A model generated the notes under the pieces. That model ran no database searches, was not told where the DNA came from, and worked only from the letters and a program-made list of their open reading frames with translations. From Macrostomum lignano (lineage: Eukaryota), in contig NIVC01001834.1 of the NCBI GenBank assembly GCA_002269645.1, positions 124,001-188,000 on the forward strand: a stretch of 64,000 nt of DNA. The letters are read 5' to 3'. A program made the translations under genes and the position numbers. This document shows positions 48,740-62,064 of the stretch, piece by piece (the first letter of the stretch is position 1; each line of letters starts with the position of its first letter).

Positions 48740-49915
48740 TGGTTGATTGATTGATTGATTGATTATGGCTGACGGATTGATTTAATTGTGGCGGATTTGT
48801 TGATCGCGGCTGATTGATTGATTGATTGAATGTGGCTGATTGATTGGTTGTGGCTGATTGATTGATTGGTTGTGGCTGATTGATTGGTTGTGGCTGATTG
48901 ATTGGTTGTGGCTGATTGATTGGTTGTGGCTGATTGATTGATTGTGGCTGATTGATTGATTGGTTGTGGCTGATTGATTGATTGGTTGTGGCTGATTGAT
49001 TGGTTGTGGCTGATTGATTGGTTGTGGCTGATTGATTGATTGGTTGTGGCTGATTGATTGATTGGTTGTGGCTGATTGATTGATTGGTTATGTCTGAGTG
49101 ATTGATTGGTTGTGGCTGATTGATTGATTGGTTGTGGCTGATTGATTGATTGGTTGTGGCTGATTGATTGATTGGTTGTGGCTGATTGATTGGTTGTGGC
49201 TGATTGGTTGATTGGTTGTGGCTGATTGATTGATTGTGGCTGATTGGTTGGTTTATTTGATTGATTGGTTGTGGCTGATTGCTTGATGGTGGCTGATTGG
49301 TTGGTTTATTTGATTGATTGGTTGTGGCTGATTGCTTGATGGTGGCTGATTGGTTGGTTGGTTGTGGCTGATTGATTGATTGGTTGTGGCTGATTGCTTG
49401 ATGGTGGCTGATTGGTTGGTTTATTTGATTGATTGGTTGTGGCTGATTGGTTGGTTTATTTGATTGATTGGTTGTGGCTGATTGCTTGATGGTGGCTGAT
49501 TGGTTGGTTTGTTTGATTGATTGGTTGTGGCTGATTGCTTGATGGTGGCTGATTGGTTGGTTTATTTGATTGATTGGTTGTGGCTGATTGCTTGATGGTG
49601 GCTGATTGGTTGGTTTGTTTGATTGATTGGTTGTGGCTGATTGCTTGATGGTGGCTGATTGGTTGGTTTATTTGATTGATTGGTTGTGGCTGATTGCTTG
49701 ATGGTGGCTGATTGGTTGGTTTATTTGATTGATTGGTTGTGGCTGATTGCTTGATGGTGGCTGATTGGTTGGTTTATTTGATTGATTGGTTGTGGCTGAT
49801 TGCTTGATGGTGGCTGATTGGTTGGTTTATTTGATTGATTGGTTGTGGCTGATTGGTTGGTTTATTTGATTGATTGATGGTGGCTGATTGATTGATTGGT
49901 TTGATTGATTGACTA
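48740..49915. repeat. GATT/GGTT-rich compound minisatellite (TGATTGATTGGTTGTGGC and a ~41-bp derivative)
   Basis: Seen directly. Confidence 0.92.
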
Positions 49916-50857
49916 AACAGTTTGATTAGTTATATCATCGATGTTGTTGGTTTGTTTGCAGTTGTTAGTGTAACTACCGGTATATTAGCAACATTTATAA
50001 AACTTGTTTCTTTTGCACTGCAAACGCGTATGCTATCAGTTTGCTATCAATAAATTATTTGCTTATAATATTGCTTGACACTATAAATTATTTTCTGTCC
50101 TTCCGCTGTTTACCGTTTCTTATACTACTGGTAGTAACTGTTCTGTCACTTATGTTAGTAATTGCTACATATATATGTATACATACTTGATTAGCAAGCA
50201 TTAGAAAGGCAGCTAACTGAGACCTTACTTATCCTATCTAACCTGGCTAATTTTGCTGAATATTCCCATTAAAATGTCAGTTATACAATTGTCTATTTAT
50301 TCAACTGTATACTGTAGTTGCTAAATGTAATAAAATTGATTGCTTGTCTCAGCTGTCTGTTTATAGTTTAATGGAACAATTGGCCAACATCCTAGTGTGT
50401 ACATCTTATAATTTTTTTACTCACCTTGCGTTTCTATTCTGTTGTTGAATAGGGAAAAAATTGTTTTATGAAAATTAATTTAATATTTTGCTTTTTCGCT
50501 GAACTATTACTTACAGTAGTGCGTGCTATTTAAAAATCTAAAATTAATTTATAAATTATGAATTAAGTTGTGCGAGGAATTCGCTATTATAAGTTTTTAT
50601 TAATTATTGTATTCTGTATTAATTTTGGCTAATAAAATCCTTATGAAATAATTTCATGATAAATTTGAATTTATTTATGAATAGACAAAACAAGAAGTAC
50701 CCGTGCATAACGTCAAACTAAATTATGAATTGTAGAAGTAAAATAATATCTGCCATCTAGGTGTCAATCTGGTTTTGCTTGTTTCTATTTTGCTTGATTG
50801 GCTGCTTTTTCCATAGATGGTAAGATAGATACAAGCGTATATTCTCAGCTGCTTAGG

Positions 50858-53800
50858 TATCCCAGTTATTCAGGTAGCTACTCAGAAATCCCAGTTATTC
50901 AGGTAGCTACTCAGAAATCCCAGTTATTCAGGTAGCTACTCAAAATCCCAGTTATTCAGGTAGCTACTCAGAAATCCCAGTTATTCAGGTAGCTACTCAA
51001 AATCCCAGTTATTCAGGTAGCTACTCAGAAATCCCAGTTATTCAGGTAGCTACTCAGAAATCCCAGTTATTCAGGTAGCTACTCAAAATCCCAGTTATTC
51101 AGGTAGCTACTCAGAAATCCCAGTTATTCAGGTAGCTACTCAGAAATCCCAGTTATTCAGGTAGCTACTCAAATCCCAGTTATTCAGGTAGCTACTCAGG
51201 AATCCCAGTTATTCAGGTAGCTACTCAGAAATCCCAGTTATTCAGGTAGCTACTCAGAAATCCCAGTTATTCAGGTAGCTACTCAGAAATCCCAGTTATT
51301 CAGGTAGCTACTCAAAATCCCAGTTATTCAGGTAGCTACTCAGAAATCCCAGTTATTCAGGTAGCTACTCAGAAATCCCAGTTATTCAGGTAGCTACTCA
51401 GAAATCCCAGTTATTCAGGTAGCTACTCAAAATCCCAGTTATTCAGGTAGCTACTCAGAAATCCCAGTTATTCAGGTAGCTACTCAGAAATCCCAGTTAT
51501 TGAGGTAGCTACTCAGAAATCCCAGTTATTCAGGTAGCTACTCAGAAATCCCAGTTATTCAGGTAGCTACTCAGAAATCCCAGTTATTCAGGTAGCTACT
51601 CAGAAATCCCAGTTATTCAGGTAGCTACTCAGAAATCCCAGTTATTCAGGTAGCTACTCAGAAATCCCAGTTATTCAGGTAGCTACTCAGAAATCCCAGT
51701 TATTCAGGTAGCTACTCAGAAATCCCAGTTATTCAGGTAGCTACTCAGGAATCCCAGTTATTCAGGTAGCTACTCAGAAATCCCAGTTATTCAGGTAGCT
51801 ACTCAGAAATCCCAGTTATTCAGGTAGCTACTCAAAATCCCAGTTATTCAGGTAGCTACTCAGAAATCCCAGTTATTCAGGTAGCTACTCAGAAATCCCA
51901 GTTATTGAGGTAGCTACTCAGAAATCCCAGTTATTCAGGTAGCTACTCAGAAATCCCAGTTATTCAGGTAGCTACTCAGAAATCCCAGTTATTCAGGTAG
52001 CTACTCAGAAATCCCAGTTATTCAGGTAGCTACTCAGAAATCCCAGTTATTCAGGTAGCTACTCAGAAATCCCAGTTATTCAGGTAGCTACTCAGAAATC
52101 CCAGTTATTCAGGTAGCTACTCAGAAATCCCAGTTATTCAGGTAGCTACTCAGGAATCCCAGTTATTCAGGTAGCTACTCAGAAATCCCAGTTATTCAGG
52201 TAGCTACTCAGAAATCCCAGTTATTCAGGTAGCTACTCAAAATCCCAGTTATTCAGGTAGCTACTCAGAAATCCCAGTTATTCAGGTAGCTACTCAGGAA
52301 TCCCAGTTATTCAGGTAGCTACTCAGAAATCCCACTTATTCAGGTAGCTACTCAGAAATCCCAGTTATTCAGGTAGCTACTCAGAAATCCCAGTTATTCA
52401 GGTAGCTACTCAGGAATCCCAGTTATTCAGGTAGCTACTCAGAAATCCCAGTTATTCAGGTAGCTACTCAGAAATCCCAGTTATTCAGGTAGCTACTCAG
52501 AAATCCCAGTTATTCAGGTAGCTACTCAGAAATCCCAGTTATTCAGGTAGCTACTCAGAAATCCCAGTTATTCAGGTAGCTACTCAGAAATCCCAGTTAT
52601 TCAGGTAGCTACTCAGAAATCCCAGTTATTCAGGTAGCTACTCAGAAATCCCAGTTATTCAGGTAGCTACTCAGAAATCCCAGTTATTGAGGTAGCTACT
52701 CAGAAATCCCAGTTATTCAGGTAGCTACTCAGAAATCCCAGTTATTCAGGTAGCTACTCAGAAATCCCAGTTATTCAGGTAGCTACTCAAATCCCAGTTA
52801 TTCAGGTAGCTACTCAGAAATCCCAGTTATTCAGGTAGCTACTCAGAAATCCCACTTATTCAGGTAGCTACTCAGGAATCCCAGTTATTCAGGTAGCTAC
52901 TCAGAAATCCCAGTTATTCAGGTAGCTACTCAGAAATCCGAGTTATTCAGGTAGCTACTCAGAAATCCCAGTTATTCAGGTAGCTACTCAGAAATCCCAG
53001 TTATTCAGGTAGCTACTCAGAAATCCCAGTTATTCAGGTAGCTACTCAGGAATCCCAGTTATTCAGGTAGCTACTCAGAAATCCCAGTTATTCAGGTAGC
53101 TACTCAGAAATCCCAGTTATTCAGGTAGCTACTCAGGAATCCCAGTTATTCAGGTAGCTACTCAGGAATCCCAGTTATTCAGGTAGCTACTCAGAAATCC
53201 CAGTTATTCAGGTAGCTACTCAAAATCCCAGTTATTCAGGTAGCTACTCAGAAATCCCAGTTATTCAGGTAGCTACTCAGGAATCCCAGTTATTCAGGTA
53301 GCTACTCAGAAATCCCAGTTATTCAGGTAGCTACTCAGAAATCCCAGTTATTCAGGTAGCTACTCAGAAATCCCAGTTATTCAGGTAGCTACTCAGGAAT
53401 CCCAGTTATTCAGGTAGCTACTCAGAAATCCCAGTTATTCAGGTAGCTACTCAGAAATCCCAGTTATTCAGGTAGCTACTCAGAAATCCCAGTTATTCAG
53501 GTAGCTACTCAGAAATCCGAGTTATTCAGGTAGCTACTCAGAAATCCCAGTTATTCAGGTAGCTACTCAGGAATCCCAGTTATTCAGGTAGCTACTCAGA
53601 AATCCCAGTTATTCAGGTAGCTACTCAGAAATCCCAGTTATTCAGGTAGCTACTCAGAAATCCCAGTTATTCAGGTACCTACTCAGGAATCCCAGTTATT
53701 CAGGTAGCTACTCAGAAATCCCAGTTATTCAGGTAGCTACTCAGAAATCCCAGTTATTCAGGTAGCTACTCAGAAATCCCAATTATGCAGGTAGCTACTC

Positions 53801-54930
53801 AAATCCCAGTTATTCAGGTACCTACTCAAATCCCAATTATGCAGGTAGCTACTCAAATCCCAATTATGCAGGTAGCTACTCAAATCCCAATTATGCAGGT
53901 AGCTACTCAAATCCCAGTTATTCAGGTACCTACTCAAATCCCAGTTATTCAGGTACCTACTCAAATCCCAATTATGCAGGTAGCTACTCAAATCCCAATT
54001 ATGCAGGTAGCTACTCAAATCCCAATTATGCAGGTAGCTACTCAAATCCCAATTATGCAGGTAGCTACTCAAATCCCAATTATGCAGGTAGCTACTCAAA
54101 TCCCAATTATGCAGGTAGCTACTCAAATCCCAATTATGCAGGTAGCTACTCAAATCCCAATTATGCAGGTAGCTACTCAAATCCCAATTATGCAGGTAGC
54201 TACTCAAATCCCAATTATGCAGGTAGCTACTCAAATCCCAATTATGCAGGTAGCTACTCAAATCCCAATTATGCAGGTAGCTACTCAAATCCCAATTATG
54301 CAGGTAGCTACTCAAATCCCAATTATGCAGGTAGCTACTCAAATCCCAATTATGCAGGTAGCTACTCAAATCCCAATTATGCAGGTAGCTACTCAAATCC
54401 CAATTATGCAGGTAGCTACTCAAATCCCAATTATGCAGGTAGCTACTCAAATCCCAATTATGCAGGTAGCTACTCAAATCCCAATTATGCAGGTAGCTAC
54501 TCAAATCCCAATTATGCAGGTAGCTACTCAAATCCCAATTATGCAGGTAGCTACTCAAATCCCAATTATGCAGGTAGCTACTCAAATCCCAATTATGCAG
54601 GTAGCTACTCAAATCCCAATTATGCAGGTAGCTACTCAAATCCCAATTATGCAGGTAGCTACTCAAATCCCAATTATGCAGGTAGCTACTCAAATCCCAA
54701 TTATGCAGGTAGCTACTCAAATCCCAATTATGCAGGTTGCTACTCAAATCCCAATTATGCAGGTTGCTACTCAAATCCCAATTATGCAGGTACCTACTCA
54801 AATCCAAATTATGCAGGTAGCTACTCAAATCCCAATTATGCAGGTAGCTACTCAAATCCCAATTATGCAGGTTGCTACTCAAATCCCAGTTATTCAGGTA
54901 CCTACTCGGAAGATCCTATTTGTCAGGTAG
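50858..54930. repeat. 4-kb satellite: 29-bp GTAGCTACTCAGAAATCCCAGTTATTCAG switching at about 53780 to 27-bp GTAGCTACTCAAATCCCAATTATGCAG
   Basis: Seen directly. Confidence 0.97.
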
Positions 54931-54982
54931 CCACCCTAAAGCTCCAGTTAGTCAGGCAGACTCACTCAATGTGTTATAATGC

Positions 54983-55363
54983 ATGTACCGTGCCAACTCG
55001 TCAGTGAAACTAGCGGTCCTTGGCGCCGCCTCGGCCAGCGGCAGTCGCGGCATCCATGTCTCGGCCGCCCTGTGCCGCATACCGCACTTTCACAGGAAGC
55101 GGTACCGGCGCACCCTGGTGCCGCCCTACCATCAGGCCCGGTACGCCGATGAAGATCTGACGGCTAGCGAGGAGCCGCCTCTGCCCTTGGATGGCAGTCT
55201 GTTCACTACTAGGCCATCTCCTGAGCAGGAGAGGCGCGAGTCTATGCTCAAACAGAGATCTATCTACGGCAAATTGAACGAACTAAATGAAACTGAATCG
55301 AATATGTGGTATCGGAAACTCAATATGCCATTAGAGCATCCCTGCTGTTTACCTTTAGCTCAG
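54983..55363 (+). CDS. MRPS30: Mitochondrial ribosomal protein mL65/MRPS30 (PDCD9 family), exon 1 with a mitochondrial-presequence-like N-terminus
   Basis: Arg/Ala/Ser-rich N-terminus (RGIHVSAALC); donor CAG|GTGATT, phase 0. Confidence 0.72.
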
Positions 55364-55421
55364 GTGATTGGCGTGATTTGGGTTTTTATATTTGAATTTC
55401 ATTGTTTCACTTTATATCTAG

Positions 55422-56070
55422 CGCCATTGTCTCTTTAAGATCTGGCGCCATTGTCTCTTTATGATCTGGCGCCATTGTCTCTAAGCATCTGGCGCCATTG
55501 TCTCTAAGCATCTGGCGCCATTGTCTCTAAGCATCTGGCGCCATTGTCTCTAAGCATCTGGCGCCATTGTCTCTAAGCATCTGGCGCCATTGTCTCTAAG
55601 CATCTGGCGCCATTGTCTCTAAGCATCTGGCGCCATTGTCTCTTTAAGATCTGGCGCCATTGTCTCTTTAAGATCTGGCACCATTGTCTCTTTATGATCT
55701 GGTGCCATTGTCTCTTTATGATCTGGCGCCATTGTCTCTTTATGATCTGGCGCCATTGTCTCTAAGCATCTGGCGCCATTGTCTCTAAGCATCTGGCGCC
55801 ATTGTCTCTAAGCATCTGGCGCCATTGTCTCTTTAAGATCTGGCGCCATTGTCTTTTTATGATCTGGCGCCATTGTCTCTTTAAGATCTGGCGCCATTGT
55901 CTTTTTATGATCTGGCGCCATTGTCTCTTTATGATCTGGTGCCATTGTCTCTTTATGATCTGGCGCCATTGTCTCTTTATGATCTGGCGCCATTGTCTCT
56001 TTATGATCTGGCGCCATTGTCTCTTTATGATCTGGCGCCATTGTCTCTAAGCATCTGGCGCCATTGTCTA
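55422..56070. repeat. 22-24-bp intronic minisatellite ATCTGGCGCCATTGTCTCT(AAGC/TTATG)
   Basis: Seen directly. Confidence 0.95.
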
Positions 56071-56167
56071 TAAGCCAGGCATTAAAGAGTCAGTTAGGCT
56101 AGCATCCAATACCAGGTATTCCAGGTAGGCCAACATGACTATTGTGCTAATTTATCCCCTTGCTCAG

Positions 56168-56595
56168 GCCATCTGCAACGCCAACATCGATCCCTGGCTG
56201 ATCCCATCAGCCCCAAAAGTTCCCGAATCGGCGCCATCGTCGACGTCGCCGCCGGGAACGAAGATCGACAGCGAAGAGGCCGATAAAGGCGACGTCGGGT
56301 TGACACCGACTTCAGCAGTTTCGGCGCCTCCCATTGTCGTGGCGTCGCCGACCTCTCGCCTATCCCTGGATCAGCGGTCCAGCTTGATCTCTCTCGCAAT
56401 CGAAGCCGTCCGCGCCGTGGAAGCCCAGCACCGCTGGCCGGAACAGCCGGGGCCTCGGCTCCAGGCGCGGGTGCAGCAGCGTCGAATCTGCGCCGTCATG
56501 GAGGCCCTGCTAATCGGCTGCGCTCGAACTGGCGCGCTAACCGCGCCAGATGATCTGCAAGCGGACGAGTCGCCGTTTGTGCAGATGTTTGCCAG
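56168..56595 (+). CDS. MRPS30: MRPS30 exon 2
   Basis: tgctcAG|GCC, donor AG|GTAGC (phase 2); GC-rich open frame. Confidence 0.72.
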
Positions 56596-56609
56596 GTAGC
56601 TCTGAGATT

Positions 56610-57062
56610 CACACCGTGTGGTGTCAATGGGAAATTATCCCCACACCGTGTGATGCCAATGGGAAATTATCCCCACACCGTGTGATGCCAATGGGAAATT
56701 ATCCCCACACCGTGTGATGTCAATGGGAAATTATCCCCACACCGTGTGATGTCAATGGGAAATTATCCCCACACCGTGTGATGTCAATGGGAAATTATCC
56801 CCACACCGTGTGATGTCAATGGGAAATTATCCCCACACCGTGTGATGTCAATGGGAAATTATCCCCACACCGTGTGATGTCATTGGGAAATTATCCCCAC
56901 ACCGTGTGATGTCAATGGGAAATTAGCCCCACACCGTGTGATGCCAATGGGAAATTATCCCCAAACCGTGTGATGCCAATGGGAAATTATCCCCAAACCG
57001 TGTGATGCCAATGGGAAATTATCCCCAAACCGTGTGTTGTCAATGGGAAATCATCCCCACAC
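56610..57062. repeat. 32-bp intronic minisatellite CCCCACACCGTGTGATGTCAATGGGAAATTAT
   Basis: Seen directly. Confidence 0.95.
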
Positions 57063-57103
57063 GCTCGCCAGCACTCCTGCCAACCTGAACCCCCTTCCCC
57101 CAG

Positions 57104-57532
57104 GTACTCCGGCCTGCACCCATCAGCCAGCAAGCGGCTGCTGCTGCCGGACCTGGCCTCCATGCGCACCGGCCGATTTCTTATCCGCGCCCCGCTGGCC
57201 TGGCAACTGCGCTCTCGGACGCCGCTCAGTCCTCTGGCTTCATCTCTCAGCGTGCGGCCGCCGCCGCCAGCCTGGCCCTACAATCCCGACCTGCTGGGCC
57301 TGACACCCGAGCAGGACTATTGGTGCTTTGGCGAGATTGCCAAATTTTTGCTCAAACGCCACGGAGATAAAGTGTTGCGAGCGGTGCCCGGTCACGTGAC
57401 TGACGATGCCAGACTGCCGGGCGATCCGTGTGAGTTCGGCTTGCTGCTGGCTATTAACGGCGACGATCCGGGTGGGGTGGACAGGCAGCCGGACCAGTCG
57501 CCGCCTGTCGATTTTCAACGACCTGAGTTTTG
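57104..57532 (+). CDS. MRPS30: MRPS30 exon 3
   Basis: ccccttcccccAG|G, donor TG|GTGAGC (phase 2/2); WQLRSRTPLSP..GDPCEFGLL. Confidence 0.75.
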
Positions 57533-57740
57533 GTGAGCGATTGAATTTAGTGGGGGACTATGTTGCCCAAAAAAATTGGAAGCTTTTTCTGTTTCCTAGA
57601 AAATTTAAAAGCTCGGGTTTTCGTTTCTTAGAAACCTTAAAGCTGCTCTACTTTTTATTTCTAGTGCTCCTTGATTGCTACTTACATCAGTAGAAAACAA
57701 CGCATTTTATTTTATTTTATATACCAACCTAAATCTGCAG

Positions 57741-58446
57741 GCCCGCGCTCACCTGTGACGCCCTGCTGAGGCTGTACGCGTCCACCGCTGCTCAAGCCTT
57801 CCATCGCGGCTTCAACTGGGTGACGGACTTGCGCCTCGGCGACCGTCCATTCGTCACCATGTCTGGCAGCTTCGTTGGCGACTATTTGAAACTGTCGGCC
57901 TTCCAGTTGGCCACAGTGGCCGGTGGAGGCGATTATCAAATGGTGTCCGACAGTGCCGGCCAAGCTCGCCTATCCAACCAGATGTGGACTCAGCCGGAGC
58001 CTGTGTTGCTATGGCAACGCGACTCGCGCACCGGCCGCGTCACGGACGCCAATCCTGAGCAGGTGCTCCGCCTGGCAGATCTGATCTGCTCGCCTCGCTG
58101 CAGCCGAGAGGAGGCTGCCGAGGGCCGGCCATTCCTAGATGGCGAGGCTCCCTGCTCGCGAACCAGGTGGATTGGCTCAGCTGAGGAGACTGCGTACCGC
58201 CCGGTGGAGCCGCTGTCAGTCCAGATCAGGCAGAAGCCGCGCTCTCCTAACCACATGTACCTGCTTGACCCCGTGCAGCCGCACACCCTGTACCGCTCCC
58301 TAGCCGGCACTCATCCCAGATTTCCTCGCCTGCCCGAGACGGCCGAGGCCAGGGCAGCTAATTGGCGATTGAAACGAGAATTTGTTAAACGCGGCAGAAG
58401 AAAGGTTGTTAGGAAGCCGTACTTGATCACGGATGCGTTTCCCTGA
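57741..58446 (+). CDS. MRPS30: MRPS30 exon 4 (last)
   Basis: ctgcAG|G. DALLRLYASTAAQAFHRGF..RPFVTMSGSFVGDYLKLSAFQLATVA matches the mL65 motif AQAxxxGF..RPFV..xxFxxxQLNT. The four exons total 1944 nt (647 aa). Confidence 0.8.
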
Positions 58447-58699
58447 TTCTAAGTGGAGTTGAATTGCTTGACAATCGAGAGAAAAGTCTTTGTCAGCTCT
58501 TTGGTTTCGAATTTTCATCTGTTTGCCTGCTTGTTGAAATAGCATTTTTTATAGTTTTTTTAAGTTGAAATATATTTGGCTATGCCACGGGTACTGCTAG
58601 TTTCGAAATCAACTTACTACTTGCAAATTACTACTTTTGTTGGAACTTGTCTTTCATTTTATTTGTCGCTAACTATTACACCTCTAACACTATGACACC

Positions 58700-59340
58700 A
58701 TTCTCGAGACCCTAACACCCTTCTTGAGACCCTGACACCCTTCTTGGGACCCTGACACCCTTTTTGGGACCCTAACACCCTTCTTGAGACCCTGACACCC
58801 TTCTTGGGACCCTGACACCCTTTTTGGGACCCTGACACCCTTCTTGAGACCCTGACACCCTTCTTGGGACCCTGACACCCTTTTTGGGACCCTAACACCC
58901 TTCTTGAGACCCTGACACCCTTCTTGGGACCCTGACACCCTTTTTGGGACCCTGACACCCTTCTTGAGACCCTGACACCCTTCTTGGGACCCTGACACCC
59001 TTCTTGAGACCATGACACCCTTCTTGAGACCCTGACACTTTTTGGGACCCTGACACCCTTCTTGAGATCCCGATACCCTTGTTGAGACCCTGTCTGTATC
59101 CCTCTCGGCTCTCATCCTCTGTCTCTGAGACCCTGAGACCCTTTTTTAGACCCTGATACCCTTTTTGAGACCCTGAAGCCTTTCTTGAGATCCTGACACC
59201 CTTCTTGAGATCCTGGCACCCTTCTAGGACCTTATAATCTTTCTTGAAATCCTGACACTAACACCCTTCTTGCGACGCTAAAAGCGTTTTTGATATCATG
59301 ACACCCATTTTGAGATCCTGACGCCGTTTTACCGGCCCTG
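58700..59340. repeat. 20/21-bp minisatellite GACACCCTTCTTGAGACCCT
   Basis: Seen directly. Confidence 0.9.
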
Positions 59341-60095
59341 ACCTCTTTCTAAAGACCCTTCCTATGGATGGACCCTTGCGCAGTTGACATAAACTCTTAG
59401 ACCAACGCATTATTGCATATGCGAAAGTATTAAAAATCTATTTCAAGTATTGAAGTAGCGCAAAGCATTTTAAATATCTGGTGAAACAGGACTTTTCCTT
59501 TCACTTAACTACGGTCTACGGAAAACTGGAGGCGAAACTTTTACAGCTGTAGTCGTAGCCTGCTACCCCTACCCACGCATATTGTACTTTTAGTAACGAA
59601 CGCTAGAGAGAAATAATGTCGTGACGTCGTCTGATTTGTCTGTCCGTCTTCGTAAATTGAGTCCGTGCGACTCGTGCCAGATCCTCCTACACTAACTTGC
59701 AGTGCGCGCATTCTCGACCCCCTTATTCACATTGCTTAAATGTACATTGCAAACAGACTACAAAGTTGAAACTTGGAATACTTAAAACAAACAAATTTTG
59801 CTAGTCTTCGATTGTTGTACAAGAGCCTTCTACTGTACCGGATGTGGCAACCCCTTTTGCCTATACTGTACAGCTGACATATAGTTTTTGGTTTGCTTAA
59901 AATTGATTTTCTCCTATGGCTATATATGGCGGAACTGGTAAGGGATAGGAATGGGAAGCCAGGAGAGCAGGGCGGAAGCATTAGCTATTTGGTTTGCAAA
60001 ACGGCAGGGCAGTTGTTTCATTTAAGCGTATTTAGAGTAGTGTACATTGGCAAGCACTCCCAGCGTGCATGAGCCACACAAATTTGACCTTGAAG

Positions 60096-60107
60096 ACAGC
60101 CAATCAG
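60096..60107 (+). promoter_or_regulatory. Candidate CCAAT box upstream of CHAC
   Basis: CAGCCAATCAG about 440 bp upstream of the ATG; motif match only. Confidence 0.25.
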
Positions 60108-60540
60108 CGGACGGCTCGTCTTTAGGAATGAGTGGGGATAGTGGAAAATGCCGCTGTCTATTTTTAGCATCAAGCCTCTCAGTCTCCTAAATGTACATTC
60201 AGTTGTAAAGCAGTTTCGTCAGTTCATTCGACTAGACCCCCGGGCTGGCTAGAATAAAGCTTTGTGAAGCTAGAGCCGTATTCATTTGGAATTCCGCTCT
60301 CTATATAAAATAGAAGCGTTTTTATTCATCGCTTTGACTACGCTCTATATCCATAGTGTTGTATTGGCCTGCTTCCTTTCTGCTCTACGCTTCTACGGTT
60401 GTTCATGTGAAGTTGAAAGCATTTTATTTTTATGCAACCATAGTCGGCAGAAGAAAACTTTTAGTTTGCATTTCAGTTCGTCTTGTTCGCATCAAGTTAG
60501 CCTAGGTTTAAACAGTCAATTTACCTAAACTGGAAAAATC

Positions 60541-60732
60541 ATGCCGCCAATCGAGTTAGAGAAGCTCATCCAAGACCTCGTGTCCGTCGACGGCTCGCTG
60601 CGCATATTCGGCTATGGTTCGCTAATTTGGAAGCCGAACTTCCCGTTTAAAAGTCGCACAGTCGGCTACATCAAAGGCTACGAGAGGCGGTTTTATCAGG
60701 GCACGACAACGCACAGAGGCACGCCAGAATGG
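60541..60732 (+). CDS. CHAC1: Glutathione-specific gamma-glutamylcyclotransferase (ChaC family), exon 1
   Basis: [38 protein letters not shown]; donor TGG|GTTAGT. CHAC1 versus CHAC2 is not firmly distinguished. Confidence 0.92.
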
Positions 60733-60979
60733 GTTAGTTTGTACTTGGCCATGTTTATTGACATTTTTCAAATTCAGTTGTTAAATATTGTAGGCCAATT
60801 AAGATTAATTATCAAGAACGTTCATATCTGAATGGTTACTCCTCTGGAACACCCCACTCGAAATCCGTGCCCTAATTAATATAGAGGCCTACATGCAATT
60901 GACCTCTATTTGACCTCTTAGTCCGTAGCTTGGATTCCGTTACTTCTAGGCTGTATATCAAGTCACTACTGACTAATGC

Positions 60980-61135
60980 GCCAAAATGGGGTGTCAGTTA
61001 TGACTGAGATTCTCATCAAGGCCAAAATGGGGTGTCAGTCATGACTGAGATTCTCATCAAGGCCAAAATGGGGTGTCAGTCATGACTGAGATTCTCATCG
61101 GAGCCAAAATGGGGTGTCAGTTATGACTAAGAATC
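60980..61135. repeat. 41-bp tandem repeat, about 3.5 copies
   Basis: CCAAAATGGGGTGTCAGT.ATGACTGAGATTCTCATC. Confidence 0.85.
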
Positions 61136-62064
61136 TGAGACAAAAGCATATTGGTTACCATATCAATATTTACCTTTTTATTGGATTATTAATTAGCAAA
61201 GTGGCTGTGCAATCAGTCATTTTTAGAGTCAATCTCGTGGCCGTCAGATAGTCAATCAGTCTGTTTTTGTGCCCACTACATTGGCTAATCAAACATACAG
61301 CATGCAGGCTAACTAATCACAGCGCCGTAATCCAGCATCCACTTTGCTAATTAAGTTAATGCAATATTTTTATTTGCTTCCGTAAGACCCCTGGATTTAT
61401 ACTTACTTATAGGCTTTTGGCTTAACTCAACCTGAACAATCTTATCAGTGCGGTCCAAATTAATACAATATAAAGTGGATTGTGGATATGCGGAGCCTGT
61501 CAGTCAGTCAAGTCAATGTTTATTGCATATTGTATGAAGGGTTCAAGCTCCAAAATCCACGACCCTCCCATGTCGTATGCACGACTATTTGCCCTTACTC
61601 AGCGTTAAATCAGCTAGTAAAATAGAATTGTAACTTTGTTAGTCTGGTTCTATCTCGACATTCAAGTGTTAATGATTATCTTGAATCACGCAAGTGCTTC
61701 GTGATGTTTTTTTTCTAACACCTGTCACAGGTGTGGGAACAATGAGCTATATGGATAGTGCGATTTTCAGAGAAACTCTAATTCAGACCAGTGCGCTCAG
61801 ATCTAGAGAATTTTGGTCCTAGATTGACTTTTTGTCGACGTAGCTGACTTATTTTATAAGCGCTACTAAGTAAAACTACTATATGTAAGTAGTATGTAGA
61901 GATTAAGAAATGCTATTTTGCAGCTTAAGTCTAATAACTTTTGGATGTGAGCGTTTCCTATTCTCAATAATTCAATAATCACAACTATGCAAGCTCGATA
62001 CTTTTATCTTCAATATTTAAGGTTTTTGTTATAGTCACTTATTCAAAAGTTTTTGAGCTTAGAG

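Noticed and set aside
53770-54930. 381-aa (QVATQIPIM)n and 370-aa (SSYLHNWDL)n ORFs
   Set aside because: Translations of the 27-bp satellite.
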